The position numbers were made by a program, and so were the translations under genes. Below are positions 34,957 through 43,406 of a DNA stretch of 64,000 nucleotides, piece after piece. Source of the DNA: an uncultured Acidimicrobiaceae bacterium (GTDB taxonomy: Bacteria; Actinomycetota; Acidimicrobiia; Acidimicrobiales; RAAP-2); the NCBI GenBank assembly GCA_963704615.1, contig OY969923.1, positions 2,572,068-2,636,067 of the forward strand, written 5' to 3'. Each line of letters begins with the position of its first letter. Within the stretch, counting starts at the first letter, position 1. The notes under the pieces were generated by a model. That model searched no databases and was not told where the DNA came from. It saw only the letters and a program-made list of their open reading frames with translations.

Positions 34957-36609
34957 ATGAACGACGTGCCAGTGGAACACAGCCTGTGGCCGTACCCGGC
35001 ATCCGTGGAACGTCAGCCGGGTGAGTGGTATCTCCCTCCCGAGATCACAACATCGGTGGAGCACCCGGGGATCGCCGAGTTCGAGGTCATCGAGGCCCTC
35101 TGGTTCCTCCGTCCGATCGGCCCCTCACTCAGCGAAGTGAGCGACGTTCGGGTGCGTCGCGCCGACCTTCCCGCGGGCGCCTATCGTCTGACCGTCGATG
35201 CTGAGCGGGGTGTGGAGATCCGCATTAGGGACCGTCCCGGCCTCCTGGCCGCCGCCACTACTCTTCGCCAGCTACTGCCCGATGACGCTTGGCGGCCGAC
35301 GCCAGTGACCCGAGGTACTTGGTTTGTGCCGGCGGTGGTCGTCGATGACGAGCCGGTACACGAGTGGCGAGGCCTGATGATCGACGTGGCCCGGCACTTC
35401 CTCCCCGTCAACCAGGTATTGCGCTACATCGACCTGGTCGCAATGCACAAGCTCAATGTGCTGCACCTCCACCTGACGGACAACCAGGGTTGGCGAGTCG
35501 AAAGCCGGTGCCGGCCCCGGCTCAACGAGATCGCAAGCTGGAGACCGGAGACGGCCCTCGGCCATCCCCTAGAGGCGATCATGAGCGGTGCGAGCAGGTT
35601 GACCTTCGACGGGACGCCGCATGGTGGCTTGTACACGCACGCCGATCTCGCCGCGATTGCCGCCCACGGGAAGGTCCGGGGGGTGACGGTGGTGCCCGAG
35701 ATCGATCTTCCCGGCCATAGCGCCGCGCTCCTGGCGGCGGTGCCAGAGCTGGCAAGCTCCGTGGCGCCGGCCCGCTCGCATCCCGACGCCTTCACGTCGC
35801 TTCGGCCAGCCACGATCTCGCCGCTGCCGTCCGCGATGGAGGTCATCGGCGAGCTCTTGGAAGAGGTCGCCTCGGCCGTGGGTGGCCCCTACCTGCACGT
35901 CGGTGGAGACGAGGCGGATCTCTCCGAGTGGGAGACAGCGCCCGAGGTCATCGACTATCGCAAAACCCTGGCCTTGTCCGATGTGTCTGCTCTCGGTCAG
36001 CACGTCAACCAGACGCTGACTTCAACCGTCATCAGTTTGGGCCGGCTCCCCATCTTTTGGGACGAGGCGTTTGCCGCCGGTGGCTTGGACGAGCGGGCGT
36101 TCGTGATGTGCTGGCGGGGCGAGTCGATCGGGCTTCGCGCCGCGGCGGCCGGCCACAAGGTGATCATGGCCCCGGTCGACCCCACCTATCTCGACTACGC
36201 CGAAGTGGATGACGCCGACGAGCCGGTGGCCCTCGGCTATGGCAATGACATCGCCCGGCTGGCTGGCTGGGCACCTCCTGGTGGCGGTTCGAGTCGCATT
36301 CTGGGCTGCCATGCACCGATTTGGACCGAGGCGGTTCCCGACGGACGACTGCTCGACTATCGGGTGTTTCCCCGGCTCTGCCTGCTCGCACAGGCCGCGT
36401 GGTCAGGGCGGCCCAGCGAGTGGCCGGGACGCCGGGTTGCCCTGGAACGTCACTGCGGTCGGCTGCAAGCGGCTGGCGTCGAGTTTCGTCCCCTCGACGG
36501 CCCCCACCCTTGGCAGAGAGGCGGTACTGGTGCCCGGAGATGGGCGGGCGGGTTTTCCATCGAGACGGTCGGGGCATTCCTCGCTCAACAGGCGGATGAG
36601 GAACTGTAA
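34957..36609 (+). CDS. Beta-N-acetylhexosaminidase, glycoside hydrolase family 20 (no signal peptide)
   Basis: HEWRGLMIDVARHFLPV, MHKLNVLHLHLTDNQGWRVE, VVPEIDLPGHSAA and YLHVGGDEA (catalytic D-E pair). Confidence 0.9.
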   Translation: MNDVPVEHSLWPYPASVERQPGEWYLPPEITTSVEHPGIAEFEVIEALWFLRPIGPSLSEVSDVRVRRADLPAGAYRLTVDAERGVEIRIRDRPGLLAAATTLRQLLPDDAWRPTPVTRGTWFVPAVVVDDEPVHEWRGLMIDVARHFLPVNQVLRYIDLVAMHKLNVLHLHLTDNQGWRVESRCRPRLNEIASWRPETALGHPLEAIMSGASRLTFDGTPHGGLYTHADLAAIAAHGKVRGVTVVPEIDLPGHSAALLAAVPELASSVAPARSHPDAFTSLRPATISPLPSAMEVIGELLEEVASAVGGPYLHVGGDEADLSEWETAPEVIDYRKTLALSDVSALGQHVNQTLTSTVISLGRLPIFWDEAFAAGGLDERAFVMCWRGESIGLRAAAAGHKVIMAPVDPTYLDYAEVDDADEPVALGYGNDIARLAGWAPPGGGSSRILGCHAPIWTEAVPDGRLLDYRVFPRLCLLAQAAWSGRPSEWPGRRVALERHCGRLQAAGVEFRPLDGPHPWQRGGTGARRWAGGFSIETVGAFLAQQADEEL

Positions 36610-36787
36610 GACGAAACCATCAACAGGCGTTCGCAGACGAGCTGAGCCTGGTTCCCGGGTTCTTTGCCGACGAGCGGTGACCTGTGGCAGGTGTATCCGG
36701 GGTAGGCGCCCTACTCGTGGCGATGACGGCAAAGGCGGTGCGTCCCGCTCTTCAACTACTGGCTAACCCTGAGCGCGCCAGTGGCGA

Positions 36788-36982
36788 CTATCCGTCCTTT
36801 GAATTGACAACAGAGGCGTCAGGACCCGGGACGAAGAGGTCCTCATTTCCCGTGTCGCCCCACCGGACGAGGTAGGGCGGTTCGCCGTTCGGGTGACGGA
36901 TTTCTATCACTTCGCAATTTCGGCTGGGTTGCCCCACTCGCCGACCACCGATCACGATTTGGTCCCCAATTTTCGCTAGCAT
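36788..36982 (-). CDS. DUF1918 domain protein
   Basis: MLAKIGDQIVIGGRRVGQPSRNCEVIEIRHPNGEPPYLVRWGDTGNEDLFVPGPDASV matches the remembered DUF1918 pattern (..GSPPY.VRW.D...... FPGPDA.V). Confidence 0.75.
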   Translation of the reverse strand: MLAKIGDQIVIGGRRVGQPSRNCEVIEIRHPNGEPPYLVRWGDTGNEDLFVPGPDASVVNSKDG

Positions 36983-37458
36983 CGAGACTCCTTTCGTGTC
37001 TGCCTCTGCCTTCCATGGTGATCCCACGACCAGCCAAGGGCAAGAGCGAAAGTCCTGTTTTGGCCCCACCCTTCGGGCGACGCTGGGTAGCCCATCGAGA
37101 GTGGGGAGTAGGGTGGCCTTGGCGAGGTGACCGTGATCAGCACAATCTATGGAGGCAGTGGTTTGTCGGCGCTCATCACGCTCGTGGTGGTTGGCACCAT
37201 CTGGGTGCTTCTGACAGTGAGAAGTTCTCGGCCCAAGAACCGCTGACTATCCCACCCCTAGAGGGGCATGGCGGGGAATGTGCCTTCTGCGTACCCAACC
37301 AAGACGTCTCCCTCCTGTCAACATTGGTGCTCGCCGAATGAGCCCTTTTTCGACCCTGGCGACCTGTTACGCCAGAGGTGAAGGAACCCCCCCTACGGCA
37401 GCATTGCTGAGACGTCACATCGCCCGGTGATTCGACCACGCCATCGAATCGGACGGGC

Positions 37459-38049
37459 TTAACGCGAGACCGAGATCCTTTGGAGCACGGTACGCATGGC
37501 ATCTTCGGCGACGCGGAGTGGGTCTCGGTGAACGTAAATCAGGCTTACGGCGATGTAGTCGCCATCCTTAACCGAACTCAGCGAACCACCTTGTCCCCGA
37601 AGATCTTGTTGCGTCCACGGCAGCCACACGACGAGTTCCCGGTCAATGGTGAGGATCCGGGCACCGGGTTCACTTCTTGCTGCCATCGCTTGAATCCTCA
37701 GGGGCGGCGCCTTGGCGAGGGAGGCATTGATAATCAGCCTCATCTGGCTCCGTGATGATTGAAAGGTCAACCGACACTGGGAGTAGGTGGGGTTCGGTGC
37801 CGTAGTGCGAGAAACAGGAAAGCCCAGATCTGTGACCGCCTGGTCCGAAGCAGGCAACCTCAGGAGATTGCTCGCCTCTTTGGCCGACAACACCCGGCAC
37901 GCATCTGGTGCGGAGTGCACGGCGTCCGCGGCCCCTGCTTTGGAGGATGTCCCGCCCAGCTGAAGCGTGAAGCCGACAACGGCGATCAAGAAGCCGACGA
38001 CGGCGATCATGACGACTGCCGCGACCCTGAATCGGGTAGGACGCACCAC
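37459..38049 (-). CDS. N-terminally membrane-anchored hypothetical protein (loosely DUF3558-like), last gene of a 4-gene cluster
   Basis: TM helix VAAVVMIAVVGFLIAVVGFTL followed by a soluble domain (..PDACRVLSAKEASNLL..). The start lies 6-9 nt after the stop of the upstream small ORF. Confidence 0.6.
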   Translation of the reverse strand: MVRPTRFRVAAVVMIAVVGFLIAVVGFTLQLGGTSSKAGAADAVHSAPDACRVLSAKEASNLLRLPASDQAVTDLGFPVSRTTAPNPTYSQCRLTFQSSRSQMRLIINASLAKAPPLRIQAMAARSEPGARILTIDRELVVWLPWTQQDLRGQGGSLSSVKDGDYIAVSLIYVHRDPLRVAEDAMRTVLQRISVSR

Positions 38050-38058
38050 GGTGGAATC

Positions 38059-38229
38059 CTAGGGCAGGGCCGGGATGATCCGCCTCAGAAGCTTGCGGAC
38101 AGGTCCTTCGATCGGACCGGCGGCGCGCCGCATCAGGTCCAGCAGGCTCTTGCCGTCGGAACTGAACGGACTCCTCGTGGCAAACCTGGTCGAGCCCGGA
38201 AGACGAACATCGGGATCACCTCGAACCAT
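38059..38229 (-). CDS. Candidate 56-aa basic protein (below the ORF-track cutoff)
   Basis: My own translation: MVRGDPDVRLPGSTRFATRSPFSSDGKSLLDLMRRAAGPIEGPVRKLLRRIIPALP*. It exactly fills the gap between neighbouring genes, leaving 9 nt on each side. GC3 is moderate. Confidence 0.35.
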   Translation of the reverse strand: MVRGDPDVRLPGSTRFATRSPFSSDGKSLLDLMRRAAGPIEGPVRKLLRRIIPALP

Positions 38230-38238
38230 GAATCGACC

Positions 38239-38469
38239 CTAACGGCGGACCGATGAGTAGTCGGACTTCTCATCACGCTGCTGTCGAAAGGTTCGAACCG
38301 GCAGAAGGCCAACGCCAAGTCCGAGCACCACGCCGAGAGCGATGACCATGTCAGGAATGTCTGTACTCCATCCGACAATTCCGTAGAGACTCAACATCAA
38401 GCTCACGCCGATGCCCAAGAACAAACCGGCAAGGGTATTGGCAACGACGTGCCTCGCGTTGGAGTTCAT
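38239..38469 (-). CDS. Small two-TM membrane protein
   Basis: 76 aa: VANTLAGLFLGIGVSLMLSLYGIVGW and MVIALGVVLGLGVGLL. GGAGGAG lies directly upstream, between the previous stop (TAG) and this ATG. Confidence 0.55.
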   Translation of the reverse strand: MNSNARHVVANTLAGLFLGIGVSLMLSLYGIVGWSTDIPDMVIALGVVLGLGVGLLPVRTFRQQRDEKSDYSSVRR

Positions 38470-38478
38470 CCGCTCCTC

Positions 38479-39093
38479 CTAATCACTTGTCCGGACACGC
38501 ACAGGCCTGGTCCACTTCGAGATGCCGAATACGAAGAACATGACCAGTCCAGCGATGATCAAGAGCAACGCCAGCCACCAGAACGGGTTGTGACCAGGGG
38601 GGTCCATCACCCGCACCGACAAGGTTCCCGTGCAGTTCACTCCGCCGCTCCCAGTCACGGTGAAGCCGACCTCATATCTGCCGGGGAGAGTGACCGGCTC
38701 GATCGAGCTTGGCGTGAACGAGTTGGTGAATGAAGTACCACCTTGGCCGCTGTTGAATGTGCCGGACAGCCCATGCAGATGGCCGGTCACAAGTTCACCC
38801 AAGCCAAAGAGCCAAGAGGCGTTATTCACCGTAAGGCGCCACGTGCCGTCGGTCATCGGGGCATCGGTCTGCGCAGTCCATGTGACAGGGTCGGCCCAGT
38901 AGAGCTGGAATGGATTCGCACTGGTCCCGCCGGGTCCAGGGACTGCGACCGTATCGACAGAAGCGTTCTGACCGCCGGCCGAGGAGATGGAACCGGAGCA
39001 GCCCTGGCTGGCCGCGGCCTGCGCCGTCGATGCCAGTGGTCCGACTAGCAACAGGGTGACTGTCGTTGCGAGGGCAAGCGCCCGTACCATCAT
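38479..39093 (-). CDS. Secreted protein with a C-terminal TM anchor, function unknown
   Basis: Signal peptide MMVRALALATTVTLLLVGPLASTAQAAA, a Gly/Thr/Ser-rich beta-type domain, then FWWLALLLIIAGLVMFFVFGI and a basic tail. Confidence 0.65.
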   Translation of the reverse strand: MMVRALALATTVTLLLVGPLASTAQAAASQGCSGSISSAGGQNASVDTVAVPGPGGTSANPFQLYWADPVTWTAQTDAPMTDGTWRLTVNNASWLFGLGELVTGHLHGLSGTFNSGQGGTSFTNSFTPSSIEPVTLPGRYEVGFTVTGSGGVNCTGTLSVRVMDPPGHNPFWWLALLLIIAGLVMFFVFGISKWTRPVRVRTSD

Positions 39094-39234
39094 GTGGGAG
39101 TTATCGACCTCTTGCCCGCTCTCCTGAAGGTGGAGAATGCCGCCTGACCCTGCTCCGAGGCAGCAGTCGGTCGGGCAGGCGGGGACTTTCTTGATCGACT
39201 GTCGAGTGAGCTGCCGGGCTTTGCGCCTGACGCA

Positions 39235-39431
39235 CCGGCCCTGATCGTCAACTGCGACGATTTCGGCACGCTCGACGCGGTGAACGCCTCCGTGGTCGAA
39301 TCATCGACAACGGCATCGCGAGATCGGCCGGCACGGTGGTTCCATGCTCCTCCCGCGGATGGTCCAGTGAGCTTCCCGAACCCGGAGCCGGCTCAGACTG
39401 CGATCGGTCGGTGACCTCGAAGGCTCGGTGA
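39235..39431 (+). pseudogene. Relic of a YdjC/ChbG-family carbohydrate deacetylase gene (N-terminal fragment, frame-shifted, no start codon)
   Basis: PALIVNCDDFGTLDAVNASVVES reads in one frame. After a frame change near 39301-39305 it continues IDNGIARSAGTVVPCSS... Compare the remembered E. coli ChbG sequence [35 protein letters not shown]. The rest of the gene is missing, and the opposite-strand DUF2630 gene starts 70 nt further on. Confidence 0.4.
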
Positions 39432-39503
39432 GCACCTGCGCGTCCTTGATCGAGGTGGGTGTGCGCCCAGTGCCCCCGACGCCTGGCACCGCCCCTGGGC
39501 TTC

Positions 39504-39746
39504 CTACTGCCGATACCCCTCCACGGTGCCCTCCGGTCGGATCACGGCCTCGTCTGGGCTACGCCCGGCACTCCGCAGGGCTCGCCTCTGGCGGAGAAGG
39601 TCCCACATCTGGTCGAGAGCCACCTCGATCGACTTGAGACGCTTCTCTTCCTCCGGGGACAGACCCTCACCGACGTGCGTCTCCTCGAGACGCTTCTCCT
39701 CGTCGGCCAGGCTGCTGATCCGGGTGATGAGTTCGTGATCGTCCAT
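39504..39746 (-). CDS. DUF2630 family protein
   Basis: MDDHELITRISSLADEEKRLEETHVGEGLSPEEEKRLKSIEVALDQMWDLLRQRRA matches the remembered DUF2630 signature. Confidence 0.8.
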   Translation of the reverse strand: MDDHELITRISSLADEEKRLEETHVGEGLSPEEEKRLKSIEVALDQMWDLLRQRRALRSAGRSPDEAVIRPEGTVEGYRQ

Positions 39747-39829
39747 GGCCGGCTCCTTTGCTCACGGGGGACTCCGCCTCCGGGACCAGACTACGTGCTC
39801 GGATCACGCAGTCTGGATCCCGGTCGGTT

Positions 39830-40483
39830 CCCGCTGACACCAGTCGCCGTGGGCAGGCCTGCTCCCGAGGCGTCTAGGACTTCACCGTGATGGCGCCGAT
39901 CGCCGTCGTGTTGGCTCCGTTGCTGGAGTCGGTGATGGTGACGTTGAAGGGACCGAGAGTGGCCGTCTTGGACGCCTTGAGCTTGAGCTTGAGGGTCGGG
40001 ATGGGGTGCTTCTTACTGGTCTTGCTGAGCTTGGCTGACCTCACCGTCACCCCCGCATTGGACACGGTGACGACGTCATGGGAGTCGAACCCCGTTCCCG
40101 AGACGACGGTGGTCAGCGTCAGGCCCTGCTTGATCGACGTCTTGGAGAAGCCCGTGATGGTCGGTCCGGCAACGGTGACCGACTCGGACGTCGTCTGAGT
40201 GGTGCCGTTGGTGTTGGACACCGAGGTGGTCACCGTGTACGTGCCAGGCGTGGTGTAGGTGTGGCTCGGTCCGACAACGGTCCCGGTGGCCCCGGTGATG
40301 TTGACGGTGGCCGTCTGGGGGCCACTGCCGTCGCCGTAGTTGACGGTGCCGCTCCAGGTGGCGGTGGTGTCGTCATTGGCGTTGGCGATGGTGGCCACCT
40401 GGGGCGTCGTCAGCTGCACGTTCTCTGCCGGTGACAGGGCGGTCGGGCTGGTCGTGAACGGGTTTTCGGCGGTCAGTACCACC
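39830..40483. repeat. 654-bp segment duplicated at 46065-46718 (3 mismatches seen; offset 6235 bp)
   Basis: Base-by-base comparison. Identity starts 44 nt beyond the stop codons and covers the last ~203 codons of both giant genes. Mismatches were seen near 40096, 40169 and 40188. Confidence 0.9.
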
Positions 40484-42954
40484 CCGGTGGTGCCGTACGC
40501 CACCGAATAGGCGTTCGACCCGAAGACCAAGTTGGAGAAGGTTCCGCTTACTGCGTCGCCCGAGGAGCCGCCGATCACGGTGAACATGGTGCCCGCCGTC
40601 GGCTGTGAACCCACGGTGGTCACGGCCAGGGTGCTGCCCGAGGCCAGGGACACGCCGGGTCCGGTGATGTCGCCGGTACCGGCTGTGCCGTTGACCGTGA
40701 CGCCAATGGTGCCAGTGGCTGTGTTGCTCAGCGTGCTGCTGCCGGCCAGGGCCAGCTTGCCGCCGTTGAGCACCTGCAAAGTCCCCGAGTTCGTCGTCAG
40801 GGTGGTGTCGTTCTGGGCGGTGTCGGCTGCCCCGATTGTCACCCTGCCGCCAGCCTGGTTGGTCAAGGGCGACTGGATCTGGACGGCGTTAGCCGAACCT
40901 TCGGTGGTCAGTATCCCGCCCGAGGCCACGGTCACGCCGCCCGCTCCGGTGAGCGTGTCATTACCACTGACGCCCGACTCCAGGGTGAGGGTTCCGTCGA
41001 CGGTGACCGCGCCCGGGTCGCTGAGGTCGATGCTGCCGCCCGCCCCGTCGTCGGTCACCGTCTGCCCGGAGGGGACGGTGCCGGACAGGGTGATCGAGCC
41101 GGTGGCCAAAAAGGCCCCGGTGCCCACGCTGTCGGCCAAGGTGCCACCGGTCAGGCCCACCGGGCTGCCGGACTCGGTTCCCCCGGACTGGGTGAAGGTT
41201 CCGCTGTTCTCGCTGAAGGCCCCGGTCACCGTCAGGGTGCCGGCCGCCTGGGTGAAGTTGCTGGACCCGCTCAGGTTGTATGCGCCCCCGCTGGAAACAG
41301 TGAAGGTTCCGTCGTTGGTGGTCGTGGTGGTGTCGTTCTGTGCGGTGTTGGCCGCGCCGATGGTCACCGTGCCGCCGGACTGGTTGGCCAACGTCGATTG
41401 GATCTGGACGGCGTTGGCCGAACCCTCCGTGGTCAGTTGCCCGCCCGAGGCTACGGTCACGCCGCCCACCCCGGTGAGCGTGTCATTACCACTCGCGCCG
41501 GACTCGAAGACGAGGGTGCCGTCGACGGTGATCGCCGTTGGGTCGCTGAGGTCGATGCTGCCGCCCGCCCCGTCGTCGGTCACCGTCTGCCCGGAGGGGA
41601 TGGTGCCTGATAGGGCGATCGAGCCGGTGGCCAGAAAGGCCCCGGTGCCGGCGCTGTCGGCCAGGGTGCCGCCGGTCAGACCCACCGGGTTGCCGGACTC
41701 GGTTCCGCCGGACTGGGTGAAGGTCCCGCTGTTCTCGCTGAAGGCCCCGGTCACCGTCAGGGTGCCGGCCGCCTGGGTGAAGGTGCTGGACCCGCTCACG
41801 TTATAAGCCCCACCGCTGGAGACGGTGAAGGTACCGTCGTTGGTGGTCAGGGTGGTGTCGTTCTGCGCGGTGTTGACTGCGCCGATGGTCACCGTGCCGC
41901 CCGCCTGGTTGGTCAAGGGCACCTGGATCTGGACGGCGTTGGTCGAACCCTCGGTGGTCAACTGGGCTCCCGAGGCCACGACCAGGCTCCCCGACCCGGT
42001 GACCGTGTCGTTCCCGCTGCTGCCCGACTCCAGGGTCAGGTTCCCGTCGACGGTGACCGGGCTGTTCACGCTGAGGTCGATGCTGCCGGCGGCCCCGTCG
42101 TCAGTCACCGTCTGCCCCGAGGGGATGGTGCCGGACAGGGTGATCGAGCCGGTGGCCAGAAAGGCCCCGGTGCCGGCGCTGTCGGCCAGGGTGCCACCGG
42201 TCAGGCCCACCGGGTTGCCCGATTCGGCTCCGCCGGACTGGGTGAAGGTCCCGCTGTTCTCGCTGAAGGCGCCGGTCAGGTTGAGGGTGCCGGCCGCTTG
42301 GGTGAAGTTGCTGGACCCGCCCAGGTTGTAGGCCCCCCCGCTGGAGACGGTGAAGGTTCCGTCGTTGGTGGTCAGGGTGGTGTCGTTCTGTGCGGTGTTA
42401 GCCGCCCCGATGGTCACCGTGCCCCCGGCCTGGTTGGTCACGGGCACCTGGATCTGGACGGCGTTGGTCGATCCCTCGGTGCTCAGGGTCCCGCCCGAGC
42501 CCACGGTCAGGTTGGTCCCGGTTGTGCCGACGAGCGAGGCATTGCCACTGGCGCCGGACTCGAAGGTGAGAGTACCGCCACTCTCGAGGGTGCTTGTGGT
42601 GGCGCCCAGGGACAGGTCAATGGAGCCGGCGGCCCCGTCGTCGAGGACGGTCTGGGCCCCGCTGGTCGCGCCACCGATCTGCAGTGTCCCGACCGAGGCG
42701 CTGGCGGTCAGCTCCACGGTGTACGTACCGGCCGCGCTGATGCAGGCCACGCTCGTGGCATTGGGGAAACCGGTCGACCAGTCGGACGAGCTGTTGTTCC
42801 AGTTGGTCGTTCCCGTGGTTGGGCCCACCCAGTTATCCGTGCACGTCTGAAGTGCCGCGCTTGGCGTCGCCGTGACCAGCGACACCAGGGCAATCGATCC
42901 CAACGACGCGACGGCAATGACGACCGCCATGAAGATTCTGCGCAATCCAACCAT
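39874..42954 (-). CDS. Secreted ~1026-aa repeat protein A: 4 x ~175-aa beta-helix-like units + PKD domain + Ig-like (IPT/Big-type) C-terminal domain
   Basis: GGAG lies 9 nt before the ATG at 42954. Signal peptide MVGLRRIFMAVVIAVASLGSIALVSLVTATPSAA. Repeated units have the form SGQTVTDDGAAGSIDLS...LTTEGS.NAVQIQ.PLTNQAGGTVTIGA.NTAQNDTTLTTNDGTFTVSSGGAYN..GSS.FTQAAGTL.LTGAFSENSGTFTQSGG. PKD signature VNYGDGSGPQ...HTYTTPGTYTVTTSVSN. No LPXTG motif, no C-terminal TM helix and no beta-barrel. The ORF is open to 43131. Confidence 0.85.
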   Translation of the reverse strand: MVGLRRIFMAVVIAVASLGSIALVSLVTATPSAALQTCTDNWVGPTTGTTNWNNSSSDWSTGFPNATSVACISAAGTYTVELTASASVGTLQIGGATSGAQTVLDDGAAGSIDLSLGATTSTLESGGTLTFESGASGNASLVGTTGTNLTVGSGGTLSTEGSTNAVQIQVPVTNQAGGTVTIGAANTAQNDTTLTTNDGTFTVSSGGAYNLGGSSNFTQAAGTLNLTGAFSENSGTFTQSGGAESGNPVGLTGGTLADSAGTGAFLATGSITLSGTIPSGQTVTDDGAAGSIDLSVNSPVTVDGNLTLESGSSGNDTVTGSGSLVVASGAQLTTEGSTNAVQIQVPLTNQAGGTVTIGAVNTAQNDTTLTTNDGTFTVSSGGAYNVSGSSTFTQAAGTLTVTGAFSENSGTFTQSGGTESGNPVGLTGGTLADSAGTGAFLATGSIALSGTIPSGQTVTDDGAGGSIDLSDPTAITVDGTLVFESGASGNDTLTGVGGVTVASGGQLTTEGSANAVQIQSTLANQSGGTVTIGAANTAQNDTTTTTNDGTFTVSSGGAYNLSGSSNFTQAAGTLTVTGAFSENSGTFTQSGGTESGSPVGLTGGTLADSVGTGAFLATGSITLSGTVPSGQTVTDDGAGGSIDLSDPGAVTVDGTLTLESGVSGNDTLTGAGGVTVASGGILTTEGSANAVQIQSPLTNQAGGRVTIGAADTAQNDTTLTTNSGTLQVLNGGKLALAGSSTLSNTATGTIGVTVNGTAGTGDITGPGVSLASGSTLAVTTVGSQPTAGTMFTVIGGSSGDAVSGTFSNLVFGSNAYSVAYGTTGVVLTAENPFTTSPTALSPAENVQLTTPQVATIANANDDTTATWSGTVNYGDGSGPQTATVNITGATGTVVGPSHTYTTPGTYTVTTSVSNTNGTTQTTSESVTVAGPTITGFSKTSIKQGLTLTTVVSGTGFDSHDVVTVSNAGVTVRSAKLSKTSKKHPIPTLKLKLKASKTATLGPFNVTITDSSNGANTTAIGAITVKS
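40600..42750 (-). repeat. Intragenic tandem repeat in protein A, period 525 bp (about 4 units; boundaries approximate)
   Basis: The anchor string gtcaccgtctgccc(c/g)gagggga recurs at 41054, 41579 and 42104. A degenerate copy lies near 42637. Flanking sequence is roughly 90 % identical between units by eye. Confidence 0.8.
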
Positions 42955-43406
42955 GATTATCCGCTCCGTTTCAGGTTCAGTGTGCCGCCCATACCGCCCG
43001 CCACCACAGCCACGAACCACGCGGGTCCTTGGCCGGTGTTCCCCAGGACATAAAAGCCGACAAACATCTTCTGTGCAACCACAGCGACGGCGACCGATCG
43101 AACGCATGACCACGTGTCGGTGGTCGTTCACGGTCAGTGGTCAACGCATCACTAATCGGAAATACCCCATTCGGCGTACTCGTGTGATGGTGCCGCTCGC
43201 CGCCGGGCGGTCGCCCTCTCCGCGCTGAGTTCATCACCGCCATGGTGTCGGATCGAGTCGATCACTTTAAAGGCAACGTTCGCGCGCGCGTGTCCGGCAG
43301 ATGGTTCAGCTGGGACAATCCGATTCCGCCTTCCCCGTCCTTATCCACGGAACGCGGCGACAGGGTCTCTCTCGGTGACGGACTAGAAATTCGTCGCCGG
43401 CGGGGT

